A stretch of 64,000 nt of DNA from Nitrospirota bacterium (GTDB taxonomy: Bacteria > Nitrospirota > JACRHJ01): assembly GCA_963845245.1 (NCBI GenBank), contig CAWJRJ010000024.1, positions 1 through 64,000 on the forward strand, read 5' to 3'. This document shows positions 10,880-20,943 of this stretch, piece after piece. Position 1 is the first letter of the stretch, and each line of letters opens with the position of its first letter. A model generated the notes under the pieces. It was not told the DNA's origin and did no database searches. It saw nothing but the letters and a program-made list of their open reading frames with translations. The translations under genes and the position numbers were made by a program.

Positions 10880-11815
10880 TCAGTGTGCCAGCAGCGTGTC
10901 ATATATCTTAATTGCCGCTGGGCCTAGCAATACTACGAACAGAGCCGGGAATATGCAGAAGGCAAGCGGGAAAATAAGCTTGACCGAGGTCTTTGCCGCC
11001 GCCTCCTCGGCTATCTGGCGCCTCTTGGTCCTAAGCGAGTCCGAATGCACCCTGAGGGAACGAGCCAGGCTAGCGCCTAGTTTGTCCGTCTGGATAAGCA
11101 GTGCGACCAACGACTTTATGTCATCAACGCCGGTCCGCTCACCAAGGTCTCTCATGGCCTCCACCCTGGGTTTGCCTGCCCTTATCTCGCGGCTCACGAT
11201 CTTGAACTCGTCGGCCAGGATCTGCTTCGAGAACTGCTTCTCCTCGCTTATCTTTATGATTGCGGAATCGAGGCCAAGCCCGGCCTCCACGCACACTGTC
11301 ATCAAGTCCAGGACGTCGGGTAGCGAATGGAATATCTCGGTCTGCCTGGTCCTCAGTTTGGAGTTAAGCCATACGTTCGGCAGCAGCAACCCCCCGATGA
11401 ACCCCAGTATGCCAAGGGCCATTGCAATATTGAATTCATATTTGAGCGAAAGCGAAATCCCCAGCAACAAGATGAACAGGCCAGCCGATAATATAACCTT
11501 CGACCCGAAGAAAACCCCGAAAGCGCCCGAATTTCTGTATCCCGCCTGGATAAGTTTAAGCTTGTACTGGTTCTGCGTCTGCGATGAGATCGGCAGGGTC
11601 TCGCTGACCGAAGCCACGGTCTTCGCCAATTTGGAACTTTCTTTGCTTGCTGCGTCGATCTGAACTTCATGCGCAGGCTCCGACTTCGACCTCCTGAGTT
11701 CCTCGAGCCGCACGTCTATTATGCTTTTGGGCATGATAAACGTCTTCAAGAGAAACAGTACAAGAGCGCCCACCACAATGAAGGTAAGCAGTGTAGCTAT
11801 AAGCAGGGTGGACAT
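10880..11815 (-). CDS. tadC: Tad pilus inner-membrane platform protein TadC
   Basis: LPDVLDLMTVCVEAGLGLDSA...AEEAAAKTSVKLIFPLAFCIFP T2SSF-type motifs. Confidence 0.95.
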   Translation of the reverse strand: MSTLLIATLLTFIVVGALVLFLLKTFIMPKSIIDVRLEELRRSKSEPAHEVQIDAASKESSKLAKTVASVSETLPISSQTQNQYKLKLIQAGYRNSGAFGVFFGSKVILSAGLFILLLGISLSLKYEFNIAMALGILGFIGGLLLPNVWLNSKLRTRQTEIFHSLPDVLDLMTVCVEAGLGLDSAIIKISEEKQFSKQILADEFKIVSREIRAGKPRVEAMRDLGERTGVDDIKSLVALLIQTDKLGASLARSLRVHSDSLRTKRRQIAEEAAAKTSVKLIFPLAFCIFPALFVVLLGPAAIKIYDTLLAH

Positions 11816-11829
11816 AACGCCTCCGTTAC

Positions 11830-12801
11830 CTAGATCCTTATGTTAATTATCTTCTTTATGATGAAGAACCCTATAATCTGTAATGCAATAGCAATAGCTA
11901 CCATGTACATACCGACGGTCGTCTTGAAAAGCACGTCGATGTAATCCGGGCTTATGACCCAGATAGTAAAAGCCAGAAACAACGGGATCGCGGTAAGGAT
12001 ATAGCCTGATAGCTTCCCCTGGGCAGTATATATCTTGACCTGTCCAAGTATTTTGAACCTCTCTCGGATGGTGGTGCCTATCTTCTCAAAGATCTCCGCC
12101 AGGTTACCGCCGGTCTCGCGCTGGATGTTAACTGCCGTGACGAAAAAACTCAGGTCGAGGCTGTTGATCCTCCTGGTCATGTTGTCGAGCGATTCAGGAA
12201 GGGAGAGCCCCAGGTTCTGCTCGTCATAGGCAATGTGGAATACCTTGGACACCGGGTCCGGCATCTCCTGGTATACGACCTGCATCGCGCTCGTGAAAGA
12301 ATGCCCGGCCCTCAGGGAGCGGGCTATCATATCGAGCGCATCCGGGAACTGCATGGTGAACTTGGCGAGCCTTTTTGTCCTCCTGTTAAAGAGGTAGATG
12401 AACGGTATGGCAGTGAATATGAGGGAGAGGGCCAGCCCGAACAGTATGCCCCTGTGGAACAAGATCCCCAACAAAAGCCCCAGTACGAACAGCACGGACA
12501 GGATGAGGAAGAACACCCCGACGCGCAGCTTCACGTCGGCCTGGTCTAAAAAGGCCTCCGCGCGCCTTGCAAGGGCAATCCTGTACAAGACCCTGTTGAA
12601 CATCGGTATCTCGCTGAGGATGTCCTGTTTCAAAAGGTTGGGCATAACATCGTCTTCCGGCCTCCTCAGCACTATGGCCTCGAGCCGCCTTCTGACCTCG
12701 CTCCTGGTAGTCTCTCTGGAAGCGGTCAAGCCATAGTAGACGCCCATGACCAGAAGTGCCACAAGAAGGAATATCACAAGCGTTATAAGCAGGATTTCCA
12801 T
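11830..12801 (-). CDS. tadB: Tad pilus inner-membrane platform protein TadB
   Basis: QFPDALDMIARSLRAGHS...IQRETGGNLAE; start ATG 12801. Confidence 0.95.
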   Translation of the reverse strand: MEILLITLVIFLLVALLVMGVYYGLTASRETTRSEVRRRLEAIVLRRPEDDVMPNLLKQDILSEIPMFNRVLYRIALARRAEAFLDQADVKLRVGVFFLILSVLFVLGLLLGILFHRGILFGLALSLIFTAIPFIYLFNRRTKRLAKFTMQFPDALDMIARSLRAGHSFTSAMQVVYQEMPDPVSKVFHIAYDEQNLGLSLPESLDNMTRRINSLDLSFFVTAVNIQRETGGNLAEIFEKIGTTIRERFKILGQVKIYTAQGKLSGYILTAIPLFLAFTIWVISPDYIDVLFKTTVGMYMVAIAIALQIIGFFIIKKIINIRI

Positions 12802-12817
12802 ATTATATTCCCCCGAC

Positions 12818-14188
12818 CTATTTGTCGAATATGTCCATGGGCAGCTCAATGCCGGATATCATGAGCTTGTCGGCGAACTTCGGACGCACCCCGGTTGCCG
12901 TGAATGTGCCTATCACCCTGCCGTCCGCCGCAACGCCCTGCTTGTTGTAGGTGAAGATGTCCTGCATAACTATTATATTGCCCTCCATCCCGGAGATCTC
13001 GGAAAGCCTTATTATCTTCCTTGTGCCGTCCGACATCCTTGAGAGCTGTATGACGATATTGACGGCCGATGACATCTGTTCCCTTATGGCGCGCTCAGGA
13101 AGGTCCATGCCTGCCATGAGCACCATGGTCTCAAGCCTTGCCAGCGCGTCTCGCGGAGAGTTTGCGTGTATGGTGGAGAGCGAACCGTCGTGTCCAGTGT
13201 TCATGGCCTGGAGCATGTCCAGCGCCTCGCCGCCCCTGACCTCGCCCACTATTATGCGGTCCGGGCGCATCCTGAGGCAGTTCCTCACAAGCTCCCTCTG
13301 GTTCACGGCCCCGGTGCCTTCGATGTTCGGGGGCCGGGTCTCAAGCCTTACCACGTGTTCCTGTTTCATCTGGAGTTCGGCGGAGTCCTCTACCGTGATT
13401 ATCCTTTCGTCGTTCGGGATGTACTCGGAGAGGATGTTCAAAAGTGTGGTCTTGCCGGCGCCGGTGCCGCCTGAGATAAGGATGTTCAGCCTTGCCTTGA
13501 CCGCACCCTGGAGGACCGTCGCCATGTTCGGCGTAAGGGCGTCAAATTTCAATATGTCTTCCATCTTCAACGGGTCTACGCCGAACCTGCGTATGGACAG
13601 CATCGGCCCGTCTATGGCAAGCGGCGGTATGATCGCGTTAACGCGCGAGCCGTCCGGGAGGCGCGCGTCCACCATCGGCGACGACTCGTCTATCCTGCGC
13701 CCGACCTTCGACACGATGCGGTCTATTATCTGGAGCAGGTGGGCGTCGTCCTTGAAGACCACGTCAACCTTGTGCAGTTTGCCGTTTTTCTCGACGTATA
13801 CGCTCTGCGAGCCGTTCACCAGTATGTCGGCGATATCCTGGTCGGCGAGCAGCGGCTCAAGCGGCCCGAGCCCGAAGGTCTCGTGCTGCACGTCCTGGAT
13901 CAGCCTTTCGCGTTCCGGCTGGCTAAGCGGGACGTTTTCCTTGTTTATGATGTCCGCCAGTATCATCCCGATCTCGTTCCGGAGCTGGCCCTTTGCTATG
14001 GTCTCAATGTTCGAAAGGTCGAGCCTTTCTATCAGCCTGCGGTGAATCCTGGTCTTGAGTTCCTGGTACGAGTCGTCTTTGTTTTTTTCCTTGGCCAGGG
14101 CCACGGATGCAGGTGTCGTCTCCGAGGCAAGGTCCTCACCGTTCGATTTTCCCATCAACCTGTCTCTGAATGAAGTTATCCTGTCCAT
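12818..14188 (-). CDS. tadA: Tad pilus assembly ATPase TadA/CpaF
   Basis: [41 protein letters not shown]. Confidence 0.97.
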   Translation of the reverse strand: MDRITSFRDRLMGKSNGEDLASETTPASVALAKEKNKDDSYQELKTRIHRRLIERLDLSNIETIAKGQLRNEIGMILADIINKENVPLSQPERERLIQDVQHETFGLGPLEPLLADQDIADILVNGSQSVYVEKNGKLHKVDVVFKDDAHLLQIIDRIVSKVGRRIDESSPMVDARLPDGSRVNAIIPPLAIDGPMLSIRRFGVDPLKMEDILKFDALTPNMATVLQGAVKARLNILISGGTGAGKTTLLNILSEYIPNDERIITVEDSAELQMKQEHVVRLETRPPNIEGTGAVNQRELVRNCLRMRPDRIIVGEVRGGEALDMLQAMNTGHDGSLSTIHANSPRDALARLETMVLMAGMDLPERAIREQMSSAVNIVIQLSRMSDGTRKIIRLSEISGMEGNIIVMQDIFTYNKQGVAADGRVIGTFTATGVRPKFADKLMISGIELPMDIFDK

Positions 14189-14198
14189 AATCCTCCGT

Positions 14199-15373
14199 CT
14201 ATCCTATTGCGTGTCCGGCCTTGCCGGACAAGCTAACAGCCAGGTCACGCGTGCTGGCCGCGAGTTCCTTGAAGGCCCGGCTGACCTCGGCCCCGGGAAC
14301 CAGCGTGGCAAGCGGCTGCCCGCGATTTATTGACATCATGACGTTTATAAAGTCGTTCGGGATGCTCTTGAACACCTTGTAGTTGAGCGTCCTCTCGGCA
14401 TCCTCCAGTGATATGTCGCCCTTCTTTACGTACCTGTTTATCAGCAGTTTTATCTTGTTGCCGTCGAAGCCTATCCTCTCGAACACGTCCAGCGCCTTCT
14501 GCATGTTCTTAAGCGCCGGGCAGGCTCGAGTACCCCGGTCAGGAATACGATGTCCGAGCTGTCGAACACGGCGAGGTTCCTGTCGCCGTAGCCGATCTCC
14601 GTATCGACTACTACGTAGGGGAACATCGTCTTCAGCACGCTCAGCACCTCGTGCACCTGCCCTGCCGTGATGGCCGCCGCTTGCTCCACCTTCTCGGGCT
14701 CTGACAGCAGGTAGATCCCCGAAGCGTGTTTTGCCAGCACCCCCTGGAGGAAGATACTGTCTATGTTGCCCAGGTTCTCCGTGACGTCCGAGAAGGTGTA
14801 TTTCGTATGCAGGTTCAGGAACATCGACAGATCGCCGCATTCCAGGTCCAGGTCCACAAGGACCACCTCTTTGTCGGTGACCTGGTGGAGGCATACCGCG
14901 AGGTTTGCAGCTACGGTGGTGTTCCCCATGCCGCCTTTGGGCGAGAAGCAGGTTATGATGCTGCCCTTGTCGGTGGCGGCGGAGACGCTCTTTGCGTTCA
15001 GCATCATGCGCGTGTTCCTCTTTATCGAACCCGCCAGGTCCGCCTCCCTCACAGGCATCGGCAGGAAGTCCGTGGCGCCCTGCCTTATCGTGTTCAGTAT
15101 GTTCTCGGAGGACGTGTCCCTCGAAGAAGCCAGAACGCACACGTGCGGCAGGTGCTTGACTATCTTCCCGATCGTCCCCAGCGCCTGCTCCTGGTTGGAG
15201 TCGAGCCCGATGATGACCATGTTGGGCGAGATCCTGAGAGCCATCTCATACCCGGTATTCAGGTCGGGCGCAGCCCCGGAAAGGTACGCGTTGTCCAAGC
15301 CCTTTATCATGTTCTCAAGGTTTCTCCTTGAGGCTGCATCCGTGTCTATTATAACTACTGAGAATTTTGCCAT
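14199..15373 (-). CDS. cpaE: TadZ/CpaE (atypical receiver + MinD-like ATPase); apparent frameshift ~14520
   Basis: Receiver-like N-terminus, [10 protein letters not shown] deviant Walker A; C-terminus (KNMQKALD...SINRGQPL) continues in another frame. Confidence 0.9.
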
Positions 15374-15404
15374 TGTATTTCTATTCCGTCTCTTTCAGGT
15401 TATT

Positions 15405-16988
15405 TTAATTGTTCTGCTGCGGCGCCATACCGATGTGCTGGTTGCCACCTGGGCCAACGAGGCGCGGCTTGCCGGTTACGCTCAAACTTTGTTGAATTTG
15501 CAGTATACGGGTGACAAACGCGCAATCTGGTATCCCTAATGACGGTGTAAGTTTGGACGGCTGCAAAATATAGGGGTCCGTTGAATCTACCACGCCGTCG
15601 TCACCAGATGGCACGTTATGTGGTACGGCATGGCCGTATGCAGTATTCCCATGACTACCAGTACCTATGCCTCCTGCGTCCAAAGCTCTGGTTCCATTCC
15701 AGTTCTGGTCATATCCGTCTATCTCGATAACGCCGTAGCCAATGACTGTTACAGCGTCCGCCTGATTCTTATCGGTATTTGCGTGGGTTCCATCGTAGAC
15801 CATGACAAGCAGCCTCGACCCCTTCGGCCATTTTTCCAGGAAACTGATCATACTACCGTTATAGTCATATTTTTCCACGGATATATCGTTGCCGCTCCCT
15901 TTATAATACGGCACTGTAGCAAATGGGCAATTAGATGGGTCGTTAACCGGGTTAGTATAGTTATTCGCAGGGTACGTACTTGCTGGCACGCGTAAAGCCT
16001 CCACCACCGCATTAGGTGGAATTACGTTTGACGGTATGCCAGCAAACAGGTAACCCCAGTCGAGAGCCTGGTTCCATTTGTTATTATTTAAACTGTTTCC
16101 AACGTCTGGGCCCTTAGCCATGGGACATGCGGAACAGGTTCCGGACGTTGTGGGCGTGTTATACCAAAAGTTTGATTTCGGGTCGTGGTATTCATTCCTG
16201 TAGAGGACGCTAACAAACCCATTCTGGTCCAAACCTGGCTGGTTTGAGCCTGCGTCTGCTCCAAGTACCGCAAATATATTATGGATCGTTCCAGCCAACC
16301 CATTAGTAACACCGTCAATATTTTTAGCCCTCATAAAACTCTTGGGATATACCTGGCCATAAAGGTTAGGCCCGCCTGAGCCCTCTTCCCAATACTCGTT
16401 TACCGCAATAGGGACCAAAGGCACATTGCCCCCTTTCGCCGCAATCGCAGTCGCCTGAATGGAGCTTAAGTCGAACCTTGCGCCCAGAAGGGAAAACACC
16501 TTCGCAAACCAGTTGTTTACCTTTGGCTGTGCCGAGGATGGAACGTCGCTGGTCCTTCTTGCGACAACCTTTACCGCGTTGATCTGGGCTGTGTCGCTGG
16601 AAACAGTAAAGGTGTTACCGGACCATACACCAAGCACAACATCCCCGTTTGGATCATTGCCTGTATTCGGACCATTCAGCCATACCGGGATCGGCCTCCC
16701 CGCAGGGGCGTTGGCCGTGTCCTGAGCCGCGACGTCGGCATAGTTGCGCATGCCAAGCCTGAAGGCTCCGTTATATGCGTTGGTAGCCATATCCTCCAGG
16801 TTAGCTCCGGACATCTCAGCCGCCCCAGCCAGAGCGGCGGCATCCGCCGCCGCCTGTAGCTGGTTCTTGACGTTATAGAGATGGCCCACGTCGATCGCGA
16901 GCGCGCCAAAGCCGAACAGTACGACTATGGCAACTGCTATAAGGATTAACGCTACGCCTTTTTCGTTGTTTATCGCTTTGCGATACAT
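15405..16988 (-). CDS. TadG-like minor pilin / putative tip adhesin
   Basis: NEKG|VALILIAV...AIDVGHLY..KNQLQAAADAAALAGA Tad N-terminal motif; long Asn/Gly-rich C-terminal domain. Confidence 0.85.
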   Translation of the reverse strand: MYRKAINNEKGVALILIAVAIVVLFGFGALAIDVGHLYNVKNQLQAAADAAALAGAAEMSGANLEDMATNAYNGAFRLGMRNYADVAAQDTANAPAGRPIPVWLNGPNTGNDPNGDVVLGVWSGNTFTVSSDTAQINAVKVVARRTSDVPSSAQPKVNNWFAKVFSLLGARFDLSSIQATAIAAKGGNVPLVPIAVNEYWEEGSGGPNLYGQVYPKSFMRAKNIDGVTNGLAGTIHNIFAVLGADAGSNQPGLDQNGFVSVLYRNEYHDPKSNFWYNTPTTSGTCSACPMAKGPDVGNSLNNNKWNQALDWGYLFAGIPSNVIPPNAVVEALRVPASTYPANNYTNPVNDPSNCPFATVPYYKGSGNDISVEKYDYNGSMISFLEKWPKGSRLLVMVYDGTHANTDKNQADAVTVIGYGVIEIDGYDQNWNGTRALDAGGIGTGSHGNTAYGHAVPHNVPSGDDGVVDSTDPYILQPSKLTPSLGIPDCAFVTRILQIQQSLSVTGKPRLVGPGGNQHIGMAPQQNN

Positions 16989-17014
16989 ACGCTCCTCCGG
17001 TCTATGTCCGGGCC

Positions 17015-18514
17015 CTACCTACCAACCTTCTCCGGATCTATCGACCTTTCGTTCGGCATGAGGGGGATCCACTTCTGGTCTTCCTTCTGCGCCGCAGAAG
17101 GCTCGTTTGCGCCCGGAAGTTCGGTCTTGGCTCCGGGGGCCGTAGCCTTTACTATCTTCGGAGTTATGAAGAACACGAGCTCGCGTTCCTCTTTCTGCAT
17201 GTGCTGGTCCCGGAAGAACGCACCCAGGATTGGGATGTCGCCGAGGATGGGCAGCTTGTCCAGCTTCTTGGCCCAGTCGTCCTGCATCAGACCTGCAACC
17301 ACGAAGGCCTCGCCGTCCCTGAGGTCGACGGACGTGTTCAGGGTGTCGGATATTATAAGAGGCACCTGGGTACCGCCGATGGACACGCCGTTCGCAAAGT
17401 CGAGCGAGCTGACTTCCCCGTGCACAAGGTTAAGCTGTATTATGCCGGAATCCCTGACTACCGGCTTGAAATCCATGATAACGCCGAAGTCCTGGAAGGT
17501 GACGCTGATTGCCGAGGAACTCGTCCCGGTGCCGCCGGATATGGACTGGACCGTCGGGTACGGGAAACTGCCGCCCGCCTTGAAACGGCCCTGCTCGCCG
17601 CTCTTCACTATAAGGTTCGGCTCCGCAAGCATCTTGGCCAGCCCCTTGCTGGCCAGGGCCTTAAGGAGGTATGCGGTATTGTTGCGGACGTCCAGCACAC
17701 CGAGCTGCGGGCCGCCGGTGGACGTGACGGGCGAGGTGCTGCCGTTCGACGTCAGGGCGAGCGCGCTGCTTATGACAGCGGCACCAGACGTAGCGCCACC
17801 CACGCCGGAGAACACGCCGATGGCCTTTTCCGATGCGTATGCCCAGTTGATGCCCAGGTCGCGGACGGCCTTCCTGTCAACGGAGGCGATGGATATCTGG
17901 AGGAGCACCTGTGGCACGTCGATGACTTCCAGCATGTTGATGACCTTGATACCCGTGTCGTCGGCGCTACCGGTGTTGTCCACCTCTTTTACGATGCCGC
18001 CCTGCAGGTACACCAGCTCCTTGCTGGTGATGTTCGTGCCGATGGACTTCAGGAGGTCGTTGATGTGGTCGTATTTCTCCTTGCTGGAGACGGTGCCTTT
18101 CACGATCACGACATTCTTGAGGCCCTGCACCTGTATATTGTCATTCGGCGCCAGTTCCTTGATGCGTAGCTCGACGAGGCTTATGTCCACGTTCACGTTG
18201 AGGTCGAAGGTATCCTTCTTGCCGTCGTTGTAATAGATGATCATGTCTGTCGAGCCGGCCTTCTTACCCCTTATCCTCAGCGCCTTGGGGTTGACTATCA
18301 CGGCATCGGCAATCGCCGGGTCGGAGATGATGACCGTTTTGTATTTTGTATCAGCCCCTGTTATGGTGTGTATCGCGGACTTGCCCACCGAGATGTCAAT
18401 GGGTACTACGGCGGCCTGTGCGCTTGTGCAGAGCAGAAACGCCACCATGATAAGTATGGCCGGGATTACAAAGGACAGGCTTCCGGGCCGCGCATTAGAA
18501 TGACCATTTTTCAT
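17015..18514 (-). CDS. rcpA: Tad secretin RcpA/CpaC
   Basis: Signal peptide, ISDPAIAD N-domain, LAEPNL..SG..F.AGG.FP, LPILGDIPILGAFFR...ERELVFFITP. Confidence 0.95.
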   Translation of the reverse strand: MKNGHSNARPGSLSFVIPAILIMVAFLLCTSAQAAVVPIDISVGKSAIHTITGADTKYKTVIISDPAIADAVIVNPKALRIRGKKAGSTDMIIYYNDGKKDTFDLNVNVDISLVELRIKELAPNDNIQVQGLKNVVIVKGTVSSKEKYDHINDLLKSIGTNITSKELVYLQGGIVKEVDNTGSADDTGIKVINMLEVIDVPQVLLQISIASVDRKAVRDLGINWAYASEKAIGVFSGVGGATSGAAVISSALALTSNGSTSPVTSTGGPQLGVLDVRNNTAYLLKALASKGLAKMLAEPNLIVKSGEQGRFKAGGSFPYPTVQSISGGTGTSSSAISVTFQDFGVIMDFKPVVRDSGIIQLNLVHGEVSSLDFANGVSIGGTQVPLIISDTLNTSVDLRDGEAFVVAGLMQDDWAKKLDKLPILGDIPILGAFFRDQHMQKEERELVFFITPKIVKATAPGAKTELPGANEPSAAQKEDQKWIPLMPNERSIDPEKVGR

Positions 18515-18561
18515 TGTTGCCTCCTCGAAGCTATATAAGAAACCTGATTGGCGACCCTTGC

Positions 18562-19422
18562 TTATTTGAACTCTTCTCTCGTCCTTTTGTCTCCCTGTAT
18601 AACGTCTATCGTATACGGGGCTTCATGGGATACCGGTTTTGCGGCTGCCGGCCTCGGTGCGGCTTTCTTGCCGGAGTGGGCAGCACTCGGAGGCGCTTGT
18701 CCGCCCATCAGCGAGGAGACCGTCGCGCCCGAAGTCTTTACCACTTCCTTGTCACCGAGGTGCTTCAGGATGAGCTGGACCTTGTTCTCGCTTGCTATTG
18801 CCAGCTTTTCCGCATCCGCCGGCAACACGTCCAGCGTCACGGTCGGCACGGATACGGGCTTGCCGTCCTTCTGTTCGAGTATCTGCCCGACCGCCAGGAC
18901 CTTGATGTTCTGGAGTATTATCTTGCTTACCCTGCTATCCGCGCCCGTCCTGTACGGGGCGTTCACCGTCGCCACGACGTCCACCGTGCTGTTGGGGAGG
19001 ATGAAGCCCGCAACCCCCACGACCTCGTTGACGGCTACGGTTACCGCCCGGTGCCCCTCGGGTATTATGAAGCTCAAAACCCCAGACGTGCTGGTGGCCG
19101 GGGCCAGGGAGGTCTCGATTATAGGCGACCCGGCCTTGATTTCCGTAATCGCGATCCTGCTCTCTGCCGCCTTTGCGTCCGTGAAGGAGCCTGCCGGGAT
19201 GCCTTCCTTCGGCCATCCGGACATCTTCACCTGGGTCGGCTGGATCCGTGTACCGAAGGGTATATCCTCGGCAGCGACGACTATCTGCTGCACACCCATT
19301 TTTGCGGTCTCTGTTTCCTTTTGCTTCGTGCTCAGGTAGTTGTACACCATAAACGCCGCAATGGACGCCAACACGAGCGCAGCCACCGTAATGGCAACCG
19401 CAGTGGTTTTAGCCTTGGCCAT
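18562..19422 (-). CDS. cpaB: Flp pilus assembly protein CpaB/RcpC
   Basis: TM + SAF domain (VVAAEDIPFG) + IPEGHRAVTV..VVGVAGFILP...VDV...LQNIKVLA. Confidence 0.95.
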   Translation of the reverse strand: MAKAKTTAVAITVAALVLASIAAFMVYNYLSTKQKETETAKMGVQQIVVAAEDIPFGTRIQPTQVKMSGWPKEGIPAGSFTDAKAAESRIAITEIKAGSPIIETSLAPATSTSGVLSFIIPEGHRAVTVAVNEVVGVAGFILPNSTVDVVATVNAPYRTGADSRVSKIILQNIKVLAVGQILEQKDGKPVSVPTVTLDVLPADAEKLAIASENKVQLILKHLGDKEVVKTSGATVSSLMGGQAPPSAAHSGKKAAPRPAAAKPVSHEAPYTIDVIQGDKRTREEFK

Positions 19423-19459
19423 AATACCCTCCCTTTAAGTACACCGCTTTATCCGAGTT

Positions 19460-19934
19460 TCAGTTGCCTTCATATCTCATCGTGGCTTTCCGTACTATAG
19501 TCTTTGAGTTCTCTTCGTCGAAGGACGGTACTATGTGTCCTGTAACCGCTGTCATCCTGTACCTTGCTATGACCATGACCGCATCGCCGGAAGTGATGTT
19601 CGCAAACGGCTTACTGTGAAGCCGCTACCGTTCTGTCCTGAAAACGGATATGTTCACGAAAAGTCTGCTCTGTTCGATACTTGCCGAGGTCATCACACCC
19701 AACGTGTAATCTCTGTACCCTTTGTTTGAGTCGGTACTGCTTCGGCTGCAGGGAGGCGTAGCGCGCCCCTGCCCTTGCGCCGTTGCTCAAGACGTTGGCA
19801 TAGTACCAGCCGCGGCCGAACTCGGCTATCCCGAAGAGTAGGATAACAAGCATGGTGAATATGAGTGCAAACTCCACCAGCGCCTGCCCCCGCTCGTCCT
19901 TCGCTATTTTTTTTATGATTCCGGATAAATTCAA
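19460..19934 (-). CDS. tadE: TadE-like pseudopilin (apparent frameshifts in the middle)
   Basis: ERG|QALVEFAL...GARAGARYA; C-terminus ...IVRKATMRYEGN* read manually, stop at 19460. Confidence 0.85.
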
Positions 19935-19949
19935 ACTGCACCCCGCCTC

Positions 19950-20428
19950 TTATTCGATCGGCATTGACGCAGAACGTGTTATCGGATGTGTATCGCTGAA
20001 AAATGGAATAATATGTCCTGTAAGTATCTGGTATTGATATGTTGCGCTAACTTTCAGTGTATCGCCTTGCTTTGCCAGGCCGCCTGTCCGAAAGTTGGTG
20101 CTGTTATTTGGGAAAACCCTGGCGGTAACCCGAACTGTCCCGGTTCATCGCCCACGGTTGCGGTAGTCATGAATCCGATGATCTCGTTATTCGCATACGT
20201 TTCCGTCTGGGTTTGTATGCTGCTGACGTCATACTTGGGACTGATGACGCTTGAATTGGCGAACACCGCCCCGTAACGTGCCGCCGCCCTGACCGAGTTG
20301 CCAAGGTGGTTGGAATAGTACCAGGCTCGGCCGAATTCGACTATGCCGAAAAGGATTGCGAGGAAAAGGGATATGATAAGGGCGAACTCGACCATCGTCT
20401 GCCCTTTTGTATTTTTCAGTTCCCGCAT
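19950..20428 (-). CDS. tadE: TadE-like pseudopilin (apparent frameshift ~20070)
   Basis: TKG|QTMVEFAL...VRAAARYG; C-terminus GDTLKVSATYQY...SASMPIE* read manually. Confidence 0.85.
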
Positions 20429-20475
20429 ATCCCGGCTCTCCCACAAGTTTCAGAGCAGATAACAGTAAAGCAGTA

Positions 20476-20501
20476 CCGCCGGCGGGATGGCCCGCCGGCG
20501 G
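20476..20501 (-). terminator. GC-rich stem-loop downstream of flp
   Basis: Perfect 11-bp inverted repeat CCGCCGGCGGG / CCCGCCGGCGG, 4-nt loop, weak U tail. Confidence 0.65.
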
Positions 20502-20509
20502 ACAATAGA

Positions 20510-20710
20510 CTATAGCAACGCGCTGTTGACCTTGCTGAAGGTGTTGTTGACGTTCTGTCCTGTGCCCCTCAGCATGAGAATGACAACTATGGATATCAGG
20601 ACCAGGATGAGGGCATATTCAACGAGCGTCTGCCCCTTTTCGCTTTTAAAGCTGTCTTTTATCTTTGATAACAGATAAAAACCATAGAACTTTCCGAATA
20701 GCTCGTTCAT
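20510..20710 (-). CDS. flp: Flp major pilin
   Basis: EKG|QTLVEYALILVLISIVVI Flp motif; AAGGAGG RBS. Confidence 0.97.
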   Translation of the reverse strand: MNELFGKFYGFYLLSKIKDSFKSEKGQTLVEYALILVLISIVVILMLRGTGQNVNNTFSKVNSALL

Positions 20711-20855
20711 TATCAACCTCCTTGGAAAAGACGTGCCCTCTTTACAATGCGGTAAAAAAAAAAGCCCTACCGCCCCCTTTTTAACCCACTTCCTCCTTTC
20801 CTGTGATATATTAGAAATGTATTTTTGATTAAATGTAGTTAATCTGTCTGGTTAT

Positions 20856-20884
20856 AATATATCTAATACCCTACAAACTGTCAA
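20856..20884 (-). promoter_or_regulatory. sigma70-type promoter for flp-tad operon
   Basis: TTGACA-17 nt-TATATT on the minus strand. Confidence 0.6.
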
Positions 20885-20943
20885 TGAAACTGTGAATCAC
20901 GGGGGTGGCTTTAATATAGTTCTAATACCTTAGGAGTATATTT

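Noticed and set aside
10839..19500. Long plus-strand ORFs (e.g. 12951-14045, 17004-18233, 18514-19500)
   Set aside because: Antisense shadows of GC-rich tad genes; no motifs
20716..20850. Possible c-di-GMP riboswitch or attenuator in the flp leader
   Set aside because: Only a short GCGGTA/TACCGC hairpin and a 2-codon mini-ORF; no recognisable aptamer
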